The position numbers were made by a program, and so were the translations under genes. From an uncultured archaeon (GTDB lineage: Archaea > Thermoplasmatota > Penumbrarchaeia > JASLWR01), in assembly GCA_964430885.1 (NCBI GenBank), contig CAYSHM010000002.1:1-44908 (forward strand): a DNA stretch of 44,908 bases, given 5' to 3'. The notes below the pieces were generated by a model that was not told the DNA's origin, ran no database searches, and saw only the letters and a list, made by a program, of their open reading frames with translations. This document shows, in pieces, positions 37,104-44,908 of this stretch. The first letter of the stretch is position 1. Every line of letters starts with the position of its first letter.

Positions 37104-37490
37104 CTAAGGAATTTCAGCCCAGGCGGGAATTCTTCTGAACTTATACAGGTCCGCAATTTCTTTCGTAAATATGTCCTGATAGAACCTGGAGTACTCACGT
37201 AGGTACATCACACCCTTTTTGGTGATCTTTATACGGTATTCCCTCCTCTCTTTATGTATAAAGACCAGTTCCTTCGTTTCCAGCTCTTCGATGACCTTGT
37301 TCGTCATGTTATGGTTGCTCTTTATCTCATGCATGACCGCGCTCTTTGGAAGTCCTTCCTGTTCACTCAGGTTATCATCCAGAATATTTGATAGGTCCTT
37401 CTGAAAAAGGTACAGGTCCAGAGTTGAAAATAGGAGGTTCAATGTTATGAACGAATAGAATCGGTGGTCCTTGTACCTCTTGGAGGCCAT
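37104..37490 (-). CDS. Winged helix-turn-helix domain protein (putative transcription regulator)
   Basis: HTH-like KSAVMHEIKSNHNMTNKVIEELETKELV followed by the wing motif YRIKITKKG. Confidence 0.75.
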   Translation of the reverse strand: MASKRYKDHRFYSFITLNLLFSTLDLYLFQKDLSNILDDNLSEQEGLPKSAVMHEIKSNHNMTNKVIEELETKELVFIHKERREYRIKITKKGVMYLREYSRFYQDIFTKEIADLYKFRRIPAWAEIP

Positions 37491-37639
37491 GTCATTACAA
37501 ATTAAGGTAACTTTTATTAATATTTGTCCCTCTCAAAACAAAATCCGACCCCATCCCTGATTATCCAAGGTTCAACTGTGTTTTTTTAAAATTACTTCAT
37601 CTCACAATCCCATCAAAAAATTTGATCATGTTTAAAATT

Positions 37640-40363
37640 TCAAACATCATCCAATGTTTTTGTTGAAACTATAGAACTTTCATCTAGAGCAGTCTTATCT
37701 TCTTCATTGTTTTCTTGAGCTTGTTTGGAATTAAATGAATCATCAGGATCTGCCTCAGGGGTTGTTTCTTCTTCTTTTCCCTTGCGTGCCAATAAAATAA
37801 ATATCAGTCCGATTACGATAAACAACAGGATGATACCAATCATTATCCAGAACTTGCCGGATTCCAGAAAGTTTTTCTCTCCCCCTGTGCTGCTTTCGTT
37901 ATCAGCCTCCTTCGGCCCGGTATCATCATCTTTTTGAGGATCGCCCCCATTGTTCACAGTTTCATTATCAATAGGCCCGGTTACATTTATCAGAATGAAT
38001 ACTTCAGTTACTCCTCCCCTGCCATCTGTTAGATTCAATGTGACGTTGTATAAGCCTCTCTTAGCATAGGTATGATTTACATTGATCAATCCAAAACCAA
38101 AATAAGCTTTTCCTCCATCTCCCATATTCCAGTCATAGATGAGTGGATCTCCGTTGGGATCAAAAAATCCTTGGGCAATTATCCCGACAGTGAGATTATT
38201 CTCGCCGCCAGTAAGGATCAGGATACCAGTAATAGGGGCCTCATTCACGTCGATCACATTTATCACCACTTCGACCCAATCAAAAGATCCTTCCTTGTCC
38301 TGAACCGTGAAATTCACAGGATAAATTCCCGGCGTGATGTCTGCAAGGAAGCTAAAATACCCATTTCTTTCATCGAGTTCCATGATCAATTCCATTCCTG
38401 AGATGTCATCACCATCAAGGCTGTCTGTCCGGTTGCAAATCAGAATCAATATTTCATTAGGGTCAGGGTCAGCGAACTCAATGCTGAAATTCAACCAATC
38501 CCTCTCAAAAACGTTCAATTCCAGAATATGTTCCGTCGGAATTACCTCTCCTATCTTCGTAATCTTAGGGGGGTCATTGGACTCTTGAACATTTAGGGAA
38601 AAATTAATCTCAGTGGACAATTGGCCTGAATTATTATCGTCTGATAGGACAAAACTGCTGTTCCACAGGCCTATGTTCTCTTGAACGGCACTTATTGTCA
38701 ATTCAAAAATGGATGAATTATGATATTGTGAAACAATGTTCATTTCAATAGGGGAGGAACTTTGATCTTTTATATTACAGAATATGCCATCTCTATCAAC
38801 ATCCCAACACTCGATGGTAAAACTCTGTGGGATATCTTCCCAAACCTCCAGACTTAGGCCATTCTCAATATGTTCAGGGAGAACCGTTTCATTATTGAAA
38901 TTTACTATATTAGGGGGGTCGTTTGTAGGATGAACGGTAACATTGAAGATGTTAGAGAGAGTGCTAAACTCATCTCCCGTATCCCGAATGCCATCCAAAC
39001 CAAGATCAACTGCCTGGACCTGAAAGGCCTTTTTTCCAAAATAATTTCTTTGGGATTTGAAATCAAGATGTTGACCGTCAGGATCAAGAGAGGCATTGAT
39101 CTCGTTATGGTTCATTTTTATTTCATATGTCAAATTTTCAATATCATCATCACTGAAGAAAACTGAGAGATCGATGAGGTTGTCCCCTCCATCGGAGTCC
39201 TCATAGAATCCCAGAAAATCAGCAGGGATAAATCTTTTTAGTATCGGAGCGGGATTGAATGGTTTTGGTTCGAATGATATGAATATTGTATCAATTAAAA
39301 TGAATCCCCCTGTAGAGCTGCCAATAGACAGGGGTATGGCAATATCGTCCTTGTCGCTCTCGTTGTCTATGGCCAATTGAAGCAATGATCTAAAGCCTTC
39401 ACTATCGGATATCATTACCTTCCCATTAAACTTACCTGGCTCGGCCCACTCGATTGAACCATCATTTCCAATATTTAGGGTGACTTCCGAAGGATGGACA
39501 TCCTCCAATGTCTTCACGTTTATATATACATGATCGCATCTAACCCATTCCTCTGTGGCGTCGGGAGATGGATCTAAGGGCCCCAAAGCCATCATATAGA
39601 ACTTTTTCTGCTCATTTAAGTAATCAGTATGGTTGAATTCAATACTAGCGGACAAACCAAAATCAGGAGTGGGAAATTGCTCGGCTCTAAAGACTGCATT
39701 TTCCCATTGATCGTAACTGTTATTGTATATGAAAAGGCTAAGATTATACCAGCCCATGGCCATACCTATCCTGTAATAACCCATACCCTCTAACATGATA
39801 TAGATCTCCTTGATATTTGTCTCGTTGATGGTGAATTCAAAGAGCTGGTATGGGCTACTTCCATCATTTAGGGTTGTATAGGCATAGTTATCATCGCTTA
39901 GAAGGATGTTATTGTATTCTCCCGCGTTGAAGGGAATGTCCATGTAATCGGCCGGGGTTAGGATGGGTGAGGTACCTGCCAGACTACCTTTCCAAGCGGA
40001 GTTATTAATGGTATCCGTATAATCATGAATGTGATCTATGGTGACGTTTTCAATTGGTCTTCCAGTCAGATTCAGGCTGGCCTTTTCAATATTGACACGG
40101 GAGGGTAATGTGATGGATTGGTTGGAGTCTATGCCACCGGCAAGAGGGAAGGTCAGCTCAGCGGAAGAATCCCCGGAGGTCAAAGTTGTGATGGGAGATT
40201 CGATGTCGTTTCTTGCTTCCTTGTATGAAATCTCCGAAATCGCTGAAGAACTACCCCTGAAGTTCTTAGGGGTGTGGCTCACTGTCAAAGTTATCCCAAT
40301 ATTGCTTATCACAAATAACATGGTCAATGATATTGCAACCAGAAGTTGTCTATAAAGTTTCAT
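37640..40363 (-). CDS. Cell-surface protein with cadherin/Ig-like repeats, PKD domain and C-terminal TM anchor
   Basis: Signal peptide; NPAP/NDPP/NEAP cadherin-like linkers; PKD motif DPNGDPLIYDWNMGDG...NHTY..GLYNVTLNLTDGRGG; C-terminal TM followed by RKGK. Confidence 0.85.
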   Translation of the reverse strand: MKLYRQLLVAISLTMLFVISNIGITLTVSHTPKNFRGSSSAISEISYKEARNDIESPITTLTSGDSSAELTFPLAGGIDSNQSITLPSRVNIEKASLNLTGRPIENVTIDHIHDYTDTINNSAWKGSLAGTSPILTPADYMDIPFNAGEYNNILLSDDNYAYTTLNDGSSPYQLFEFTINETNIKEIYIMLEGMGYYRIGMAMGWYNLSLFIYNNSYDQWENAVFRAEQFPTPDFGLSASIEFNHTDYLNEQKKFYMMALGPLDPSPDATEEWVRCDHVYINVKTLEDVHPSEVTLNIGNDGSIEWAEPGKFNGKVMISDSEGFRSLLQLAIDNESDKDDIAIPLSIGSSTGGFILIDTIFISFEPKPFNPAPILKRFIPADFLGFYEDSDGGDNLIDLSVFFSDDDIENLTYEIKMNHNEINASLDPDGQHLDFKSQRNYFGKKAFQVQAVDLGLDGIRDTGDEFSTLSNIFNVTVHPTNDPPNIVNFNNETVLPEHIENGLSLEVWEDIPQSFTIECWDVDRDGIFCNIKDQSSSPIEMNIVSQYHNSSIFELTISAVQENIGLWNSSFVLSDDNNSGQLSTEINFSLNVQESNDPPKITKIGEVIPTEHILELNVFERDWLNFSIEFADPDPNEILILICNRTDSLDGDDISGMELIMELDERNGYFSFLADITPGIYPVNFTVQDKEGSFDWVEVVINVIDVNEAPITGILILTGGENNLTVGIIAQGFFDPNGDPLIYDWNMGDGGKAYFGFGLINVNHTYAKRGLYNVTLNLTDGRGGVTEVFILINVTGPIDNETVNNGGDPQKDDDTGPKEADNESSTGGEKNFLESGKFWIMIGIILLFIVIGLIFILLARKGKEEETTPEADPDDSFNSKQAQENNEEDKTALDESSIVSTKTLDDV

Positions 40364-40833
40364 ATCGACACCTTTTGATAATTATACATGTTTCATCTTA
40401 TGAGGTGATATTCCCTGTCGGTTCAAAATTATTATTCTGATTGATGTAATAAGAGTAGTTTTATATTCATATAGGCCGGATTCAATAATCTTTCCTTAAT
40501 CACTTAATAATTATATATTTATAATAGATATACATAAGAACCATATAATAATATAATTTTGGTCCCAAATGAATGTGTAAATTATATCTCCAGCCATAGG
40601 TAAAAAATGGAATAATAGTTTATATAATGGAATATTCTTACCCTGAGAGATTTATTATAATGAAATTCTATGTACTGTAAATAACAATTGGTGAAAAATA
40701 TTGGACCATCCATAAGCAGGCTTTCCGATTCCATTGTATGTTACAGGCAATTTTTTCATTTCATCAAACACTATCAAATCTAAATGAATACAACGCGAAT
40801 AGTCAAATCACAAAACACTAGAAGAGGAATAAC

Positions 40834-42045
40834 ATGGATAGAGGTAATATTGAAGAAATAAGGAAGATGATCAAGGAATTGAAAGAATTAAAGACCGATC
40901 TTTACAACGGAGATTTTTTACTCACCTGGGAAAAACCTATGGATGAGATCAAGGCTGTTCTTCTGGTAACCCAGATACTCGAGGAAATGTACAGGGCAAA
41001 TATCTCTACAAAGGTTTTCAACGGTACGCTGGCGGTATCGAATTTTAGGGATAAGTCTACCAGAACCCGTTTTTCCTTTGCAAGTGCGGGAAGCTTATTG
41101 GGACTAGATGTTCAGGATCTTGATGAGAGCAAATCACAGCTATCACACGGTGAGACCGTCCGGGAGACCGCGAATATGATATCCTTCTTAACAGAAGTAA
41201 TAGGAATACGTGACGATCTTTTCCTGGGTGAAGGCCACAAGTACCAGGAAGAAGTGTCCCGCGCCGTCCAGCAGGGATTTGAGGAGGATGTTCTACCCCA
41301 AAGGCCGTCAGTAGTGAATCTCCAGTGCGATCTGGATCACCCTACCCAAACATTGTGCGATGCGACTCATCTAATCAAGAACTTCGGAAGTCTGGAGAAC
41401 CTCAAAGGGAAGAAGATAGCCATGACCTGGGCATATTCACCGGCATACGGCAAACCTATGTCTGTACCCCAGGGAATAATAGCTCTTATGACCCGGTTCG
41501 GAATGGACGTTACATTGGCACATCCCGAAGGCTATGATCTTGTTCAGGACATCGTTGATGTGACAGCAAAGAATGCAGAGGAATCCGGTGGGAGCTTTAA
41601 CCATGTGAATTCCATGGCCGAGGCTTTCAAGGATGCGGATATAGTATATCCCAAAAGCTGGGCTCCGGTTCATGTCATGGAGAAGAGATGCGAGCTGCTT
41701 CACAAGGGTACAGCGGGAGAATCTGAACTTCAGGAACTGGAAAACGTTTGTGTTGAGAACAATTCCAAATTCAAGGATTGGGAATGCACAGAAGAAATGA
41801 TGTCATTGACCAAGGACGGTAAAGCATTATATATGCACTGTTTGCCGGCAGATATAACAGATCTCAACTGTGAGCATGGTGAAGTTGCAAATTCGGTTTT
41901 CGAGAGATATAGGGTGAAGACCTACAACGAGGCGGAACACAAGCTCTATGTCATAGCTGCCATGATCCTACTGACCCGTATGAAGGAAGTTCCTGAAGTA
42001 TTGGAAGATCTGCTTAGCAAGGCCGACAATAGAAGGTATCAATAG
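40834..42045 (+). CDS. ygeW: Knotted carbamoyltransferase YgeW
   Basis: DFLLTWEK, STRTRFSFASA, HGETVRETANMISF, NLQCDLDHPTQ, WAYSPAYGKPMSVPQG, YPKSW, YMHCLPADI. Confidence 0.93.
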   Translation: MDRGNIEEIRKMIKELKELKTDLYNGDFLLTWEKPMDEIKAVLLVTQILEEMYRANISTKVFNGTLAVSNFRDKSTRTRFSFASAGSLLGLDVQDLDESKSQLSHGETVRETANMISFLTEVIGIRDDLFLGEGHKYQEEVSRAVQQGFEEDVLPQRPSVVNLQCDLDHPTQTLCDATHLIKNFGSLENLKGKKIAMTWAYSPAYGKPMSVPQGIIALMTRFGMDVTLAHPEGYDLVQDIVDVTAKNAEESGGSFNHVNSMAEAFKDADIVYPKSWAPVHVMEKRCELLHKGTAGESELQELENVCVENNSKFKDWECTEEMMSLTKDGKALYMHCLPADITDLNCEHGEVANSVFERYRVKTYNEAEHKLYVIAAMILLTRMKEVPEVLEDLLSKADNRRYQ

Positions 42046-42330
42046 GATATTTCTGTGTTTCAGCATTCAGTATACATTTATTGATAAAAGGGACACTTAC
42101 CTTCCCGATTGCTGGTGAGTGAATGATCTTGTTCTTTTAATTATTATATGTGTTAATTATTAATTTATCATGGGTACCCCTACTTATTTATGCTTCCAGT
42201 AGAATACCGAATATATGGTTGCCGCTTCAGATTGTATTGTTGATTGCCTGAATAATAATAACAGTTACTGGCAATGAACTTTTTACACATTGGATTGGCG
42301 GAATTAATTTACTATGGGGAAAAGAATAAA

Positions 42331-44571
42331 ATGGCTATGAGATTCTGTCCTAATTGTTCTTCGCTGTTAAGACTTCTTCAGGGAAGATCCAGGTCCGATA
42401 TCCAGTTCGAATGCCCGAAATGCGAGTTGTTCTTTCCTGATGAATCATCATTATCAAAGGGCTCAATACCTGAGATAAAATCCATCGTGCTGGAACCATT
42501 TCCTCCAAAGATACCGCAGGTTAAAGGATCCGGTGCAAAGGGAGAAAAGGTAGAGTCGATAATACCGTCCTGGAGAAAAGATGGTTCTGTGACAACTCCA
42601 ATGCATGATGAAAATAGGGTTCAGATTGATAAAGGAATGTTAAATTCACTATTTCCCTACAGTAATATCCGAGAGGGTCAGCGCCAATTCATGGACCATT
42701 GTAAATTGGCATTTAAAAGGGGCATGAACCTGGCAGCCTACGCACCCACTGGCATCGGGAAGACAGTAGCCTCTCTGGTTCCTGCAATAGAGGAAGGATT
42801 GAAACAGGGCAAAACAATTCTGTTCCTAACTTCAAAGCAAAGCCAGCACAAGATGGCCATTGATACCATCAGAAGGATAGTCGGGGCTTCGCCAAATCAT
42901 CTGAATAAATTGATAAAGCGTTCACCCAATCGCTCTCATATACGGGAGAACTCCAGGTCAAAGGGCCACACGTTGATCGCAGTGGATATAATATCCAAAC
43001 AGGATATGTGCCCTAGAGATTTTGCATCCGAGCATCATGCAGTGTTCAATGAGTTCTGCAAGATGGAGAAGAAGACTAGAACCTGCCCCTACTTGAAAAG
43101 CGAAAATCTTCATGTTTATGGAACGATAGAGGAAGGTATTCTTCACGTGGAGGAATTGGCCCAACTTGCCAAGAGCGCCATGATGTGCCCCCACGCAGCA
43201 GCCTTGGAGGTAGCACGTTACGCACATGTTATTATTTGTGATTATAATTACCTATTCTCAGATATTTCCGAAAGGATGCTTGAAAAATTGAATTTAGTGC
43301 ACGATGATATTCTAGCCATTTTGGATGAGGCCCATAACCTCCCGGATCGGATACGGAATCATATGAAGGGGGATATAACTCTCAATAGGTTCAGTGATGC
43401 ATTAAGCGAGCTTCAGGAAGAAGATCAGCAGCTTTACAGATATGTCAGGGATATTAGGAAAAAAGTTGCAGACATGTTTTCGGATATGAAAGAAAATGAT
43501 GAAGAAAAGCTGTCTAAGAATGATTTCATTCATAAGGTCCAGTCCATATTGGATTCAACACTTGATAGAAAATTAACCTTTGAAGGTTTATATAAACGCC
43601 TAATTGAGATAGGAGAAAAGAGGATCGAAGAGAAACATACATCCAGTTCACTACTGGTTATTGGTGAGTTCTTCAAGGTCTGGGCATCGGATATAACTGG
43701 GACCATAAGGTTTGCAAGCACCAAGGGAAGTGAAATGATTTCATATCGATTATTGGATCCATCAATAATATCCCGCTCCATTTTTAATAAATTGCACTCC
43801 TCGGTTTTGATGAGCGGAACTCTTTTTCCTCCACGGACCTATGCTGATATGCTAGGACTGACTCCGGGAAGAACGGTGTTGAAGGAATACAAATCTCCTT
43901 TTCCCCTGGAGAACCGAAAGGTTTTCGTGCTGAAGGAGGTTTCAACCCTCTATAAGGAGCGGACGCCGAAGATGTTCAGTCTCATAACCGACAACATATA
44001 CCAGGCTTCAGAGTCATTCAGCGGTAATGTTGCGGTCTTCTTTCCTTCTTACCATTTACTTCAGGATATTGCTTTTGAACTGGCAGAGAGGGGTCCGTCG
44101 AAGCAATTAATAGTGGAGGAGAAGGGGATGGATAAAGTTGAGAAGGAGAGGATGTTCAAACGCTTGTCCCGACTCCAGTATATGGGTGGAGGGATCCTTT
44201 TAGGTGTTCAGGGCGGTTCACTATCGGAGGGTGTAGATTATCCGGGTGACCTTCTGCAGATGGTAATAGTGGTGGGCGTCCCTCTAGCTCCTCCATCCAT
44301 AGAAGTAAAGCATCTGATATCATATTACCGCCAGCTATTCGGAGTAAGCAAGGGTTATATGTACAGCTACATTTATCCAGCACTATCTCGTGTTCTGCAA
44401 TCCGCGGGCCGATGCATCAGGGACGAGAACGACAGAGGAGTTGTGGTGCTGATGGACCGCAGATTTGCGAAGTCACAGTATGGAAAACACTTCCCAATTG
44501 ATTTCAATCTGGAATTTTCTACAGACTACATATCGAAGATCAAAGATTTCTTCAAGAGTGCCAATGAATAA
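42331..44571 (+). CDS. XPD/Rad3/DinG family Fe-S DNA helicase with an extra N-terminal zinc ribbon
   Basis: Q motif FPYSNIREGQ, APTGIGKT, four Fe-S Cys (MCP, FC, TCPY, MCPH), DYNYLF, DEAHNL, MSGTL, FFPSY, SEGVDY, QSAGRCIR. The start is probably 42331 or 42337 (ORF open from 42274). Confidence 0.93.
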   Translation: MAMRFCPNCSSLLRLLQGRSRSDIQFECPKCELFFPDESSLSKGSIPEIKSIVLEPFPPKIPQVKGSGAKGEKVESIIPSWRKDGSVTTPMHDENRVQIDKGMLNSLFPYSNIREGQRQFMDHCKLAFKRGMNLAAYAPTGIGKTVASLVPAIEEGLKQGKTILFLTSKQSQHKMAIDTIRRIVGASPNHLNKLIKRSPNRSHIRENSRSKGHTLIAVDIISKQDMCPRDFASEHHAVFNEFCKMEKKTRTCPYLKSENLHVYGTIEEGILHVEELAQLAKSAMMCPHAAALEVARYAHVIICDYNYLFSDISERMLEKLNLVHDDILAILDEAHNLPDRIRNHMKGDITLNRFSDALSELQEEDQQLYRYVRDIRKKVADMFSDMKENDEEKLSKNDFIHKVQSILDSTLDRKLTFEGLYKRLIEIGEKRIEEKHTSSSLLVIGEFFKVWASDITGTIRFASTKGSEMISYRLLDPSIISRSIFNKLHSSVLMSGTLFPPRTYADMLGLTPGRTVLKEYKSPFPLENRKVFVLKEVSTLYKERTPKMFSLITDNIYQASESFSGNVAVFFPSYHLLQDIAFELAERGPSKQLIVEEKGMDKVEKERMFKRLSRLQYMGGGILLGVQGGSLSEGVDYPGDLLQMVIVVGVPLAPPSIEVKHLISYYRQLFGVSKGYMYSYIYPALSRVLQSAGRCIRDENDRGVVVLMDRRFAKSQYGKHFPIDFNLEFSTDYISKIKDFFKSANE

Positions 44572-44642
44572 ATGGACCAATTTCTGCACAATTCAGAATT
44601 GAAATTATGAACTGAAAAATAGAAATTATAAAATAATAATTG

Positions 44643-44663
44643 GAGGGAAGGAATTCTTCCCTC
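44643..44663. terminator. Hairpin between convergent genes
   Basis: GAGGGAAG-GAATT-CTTCCCTC, with T-rich sequence downstream on the minus strand. Confidence 0.45.
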
Positions 44664-44690
44664 TTCATGCATTGCTTTTCAGAAAAATGA

Positions 44691-44908
44691 TTATTTTTTC
44701 AGAGTTCCTTTCTTACCGCACTTCGGACATTCCAAGCGATAAGGCCGTTTTTCAGAGGTTATGGTTATCTTGGTCTTACATCGCGGACAGGGGATTTTCA
44801 GGGGTTTTTTGCCGCTTTTCTCCTCTTTCTTCTTCTTTCCGGGCACATCGCCCTTCAGAGTTCCTTTCTTACCGCACTTCAGACATTCCAATTTATAAGG
44901 CCTTTTCT
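44691..44908 (-). CDS. 3' end of a gene with tandem CxxC..RP..CPxCG zinc-ribbon repeats (5' part outside the window)
   Basis: Frame stays open to the window edge: KRPYKLECLKCGKKGTLK ... IPCPRCKTKITITSEKRPYRLECPKCGKKGTLKK. Confidence 0.8.
   Translation of the reverse strand, partial: KRPYKLECLKCGKKGTLKGDVPGKKKKEEKSGKKPLKIPCPRCKTKITITSEKRPYRLECPKCGKKGTLKK
44698..44902. repeat. 49-bp direct repeat with 156-bp period (recent intragenic domain duplication)
   Basis: 44698-44746 versus 44854-44902: TTCAGAGTTCCTTTCTTACCGCACTTC is identical, with 4 mismatches over 49 bp. Confidence 0.9.

Noticed and set aside
40364-40833. 470-bp AT-rich intergenic region upstream of ygeW, examined for a purine riboswitch or small gene
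   Set aside because: No riboswitch consensus or credible ORF was recognised by eye; it is consistent with divergent promoters. An Rfam scan would be needed to exclude an RNA.
44698-44902. 27-bp identical direct repeats as a possible CRISPR edge
   Set aside because: The period is 156 bp, the repeats are in frame within a zinc-ribbon coding repeat, and there are no cas genes.

Overview
Archaeal chromosomal segment, most likely from Thermoplasmatota. Evidence: Pus10, MCM, DUF424, XPD, archaeal pilin signals, GGTGA/GGAGG ribosome-binding sites and TTTATA promoters. The left part carries housekeeping genes (pus10, smc, tRNA-Ile(GAT), mcm, mrp/apbC, a beta-CASP nuclease), two pilin-like genes and a bacterial-type PlsC acyltransferase. 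The middle holds a complete apbE-rnfCDGEAB cluster. SsnA and YgeW homologues of anaerobic purine catabolism flank a ~13 kb block of giant surface-protein genes. The standout is the 1758-aa ORF at 27757-33033. It reads as a polyprotein: Sec signal, a large adhesin-like ectodomain, a PGF-CTERM-like sorting signal (VPSF-TM-basic tail), then in the same frame a complete archaeal type IV prepilin (KKGRKDEDG|VSPVIAIILMVAITIVLAG) with no start codon of its own. Directly upstream is a membrane-anchored protein with about 25 near-perfectly phased 21-aa Dx[DN]xDG-loop/beta-strand repeats that show an 84-aa super-period. No CRISPR array, rRNA or mobile element was recognised. All calls come from reading motifs by eye; no searches were run.
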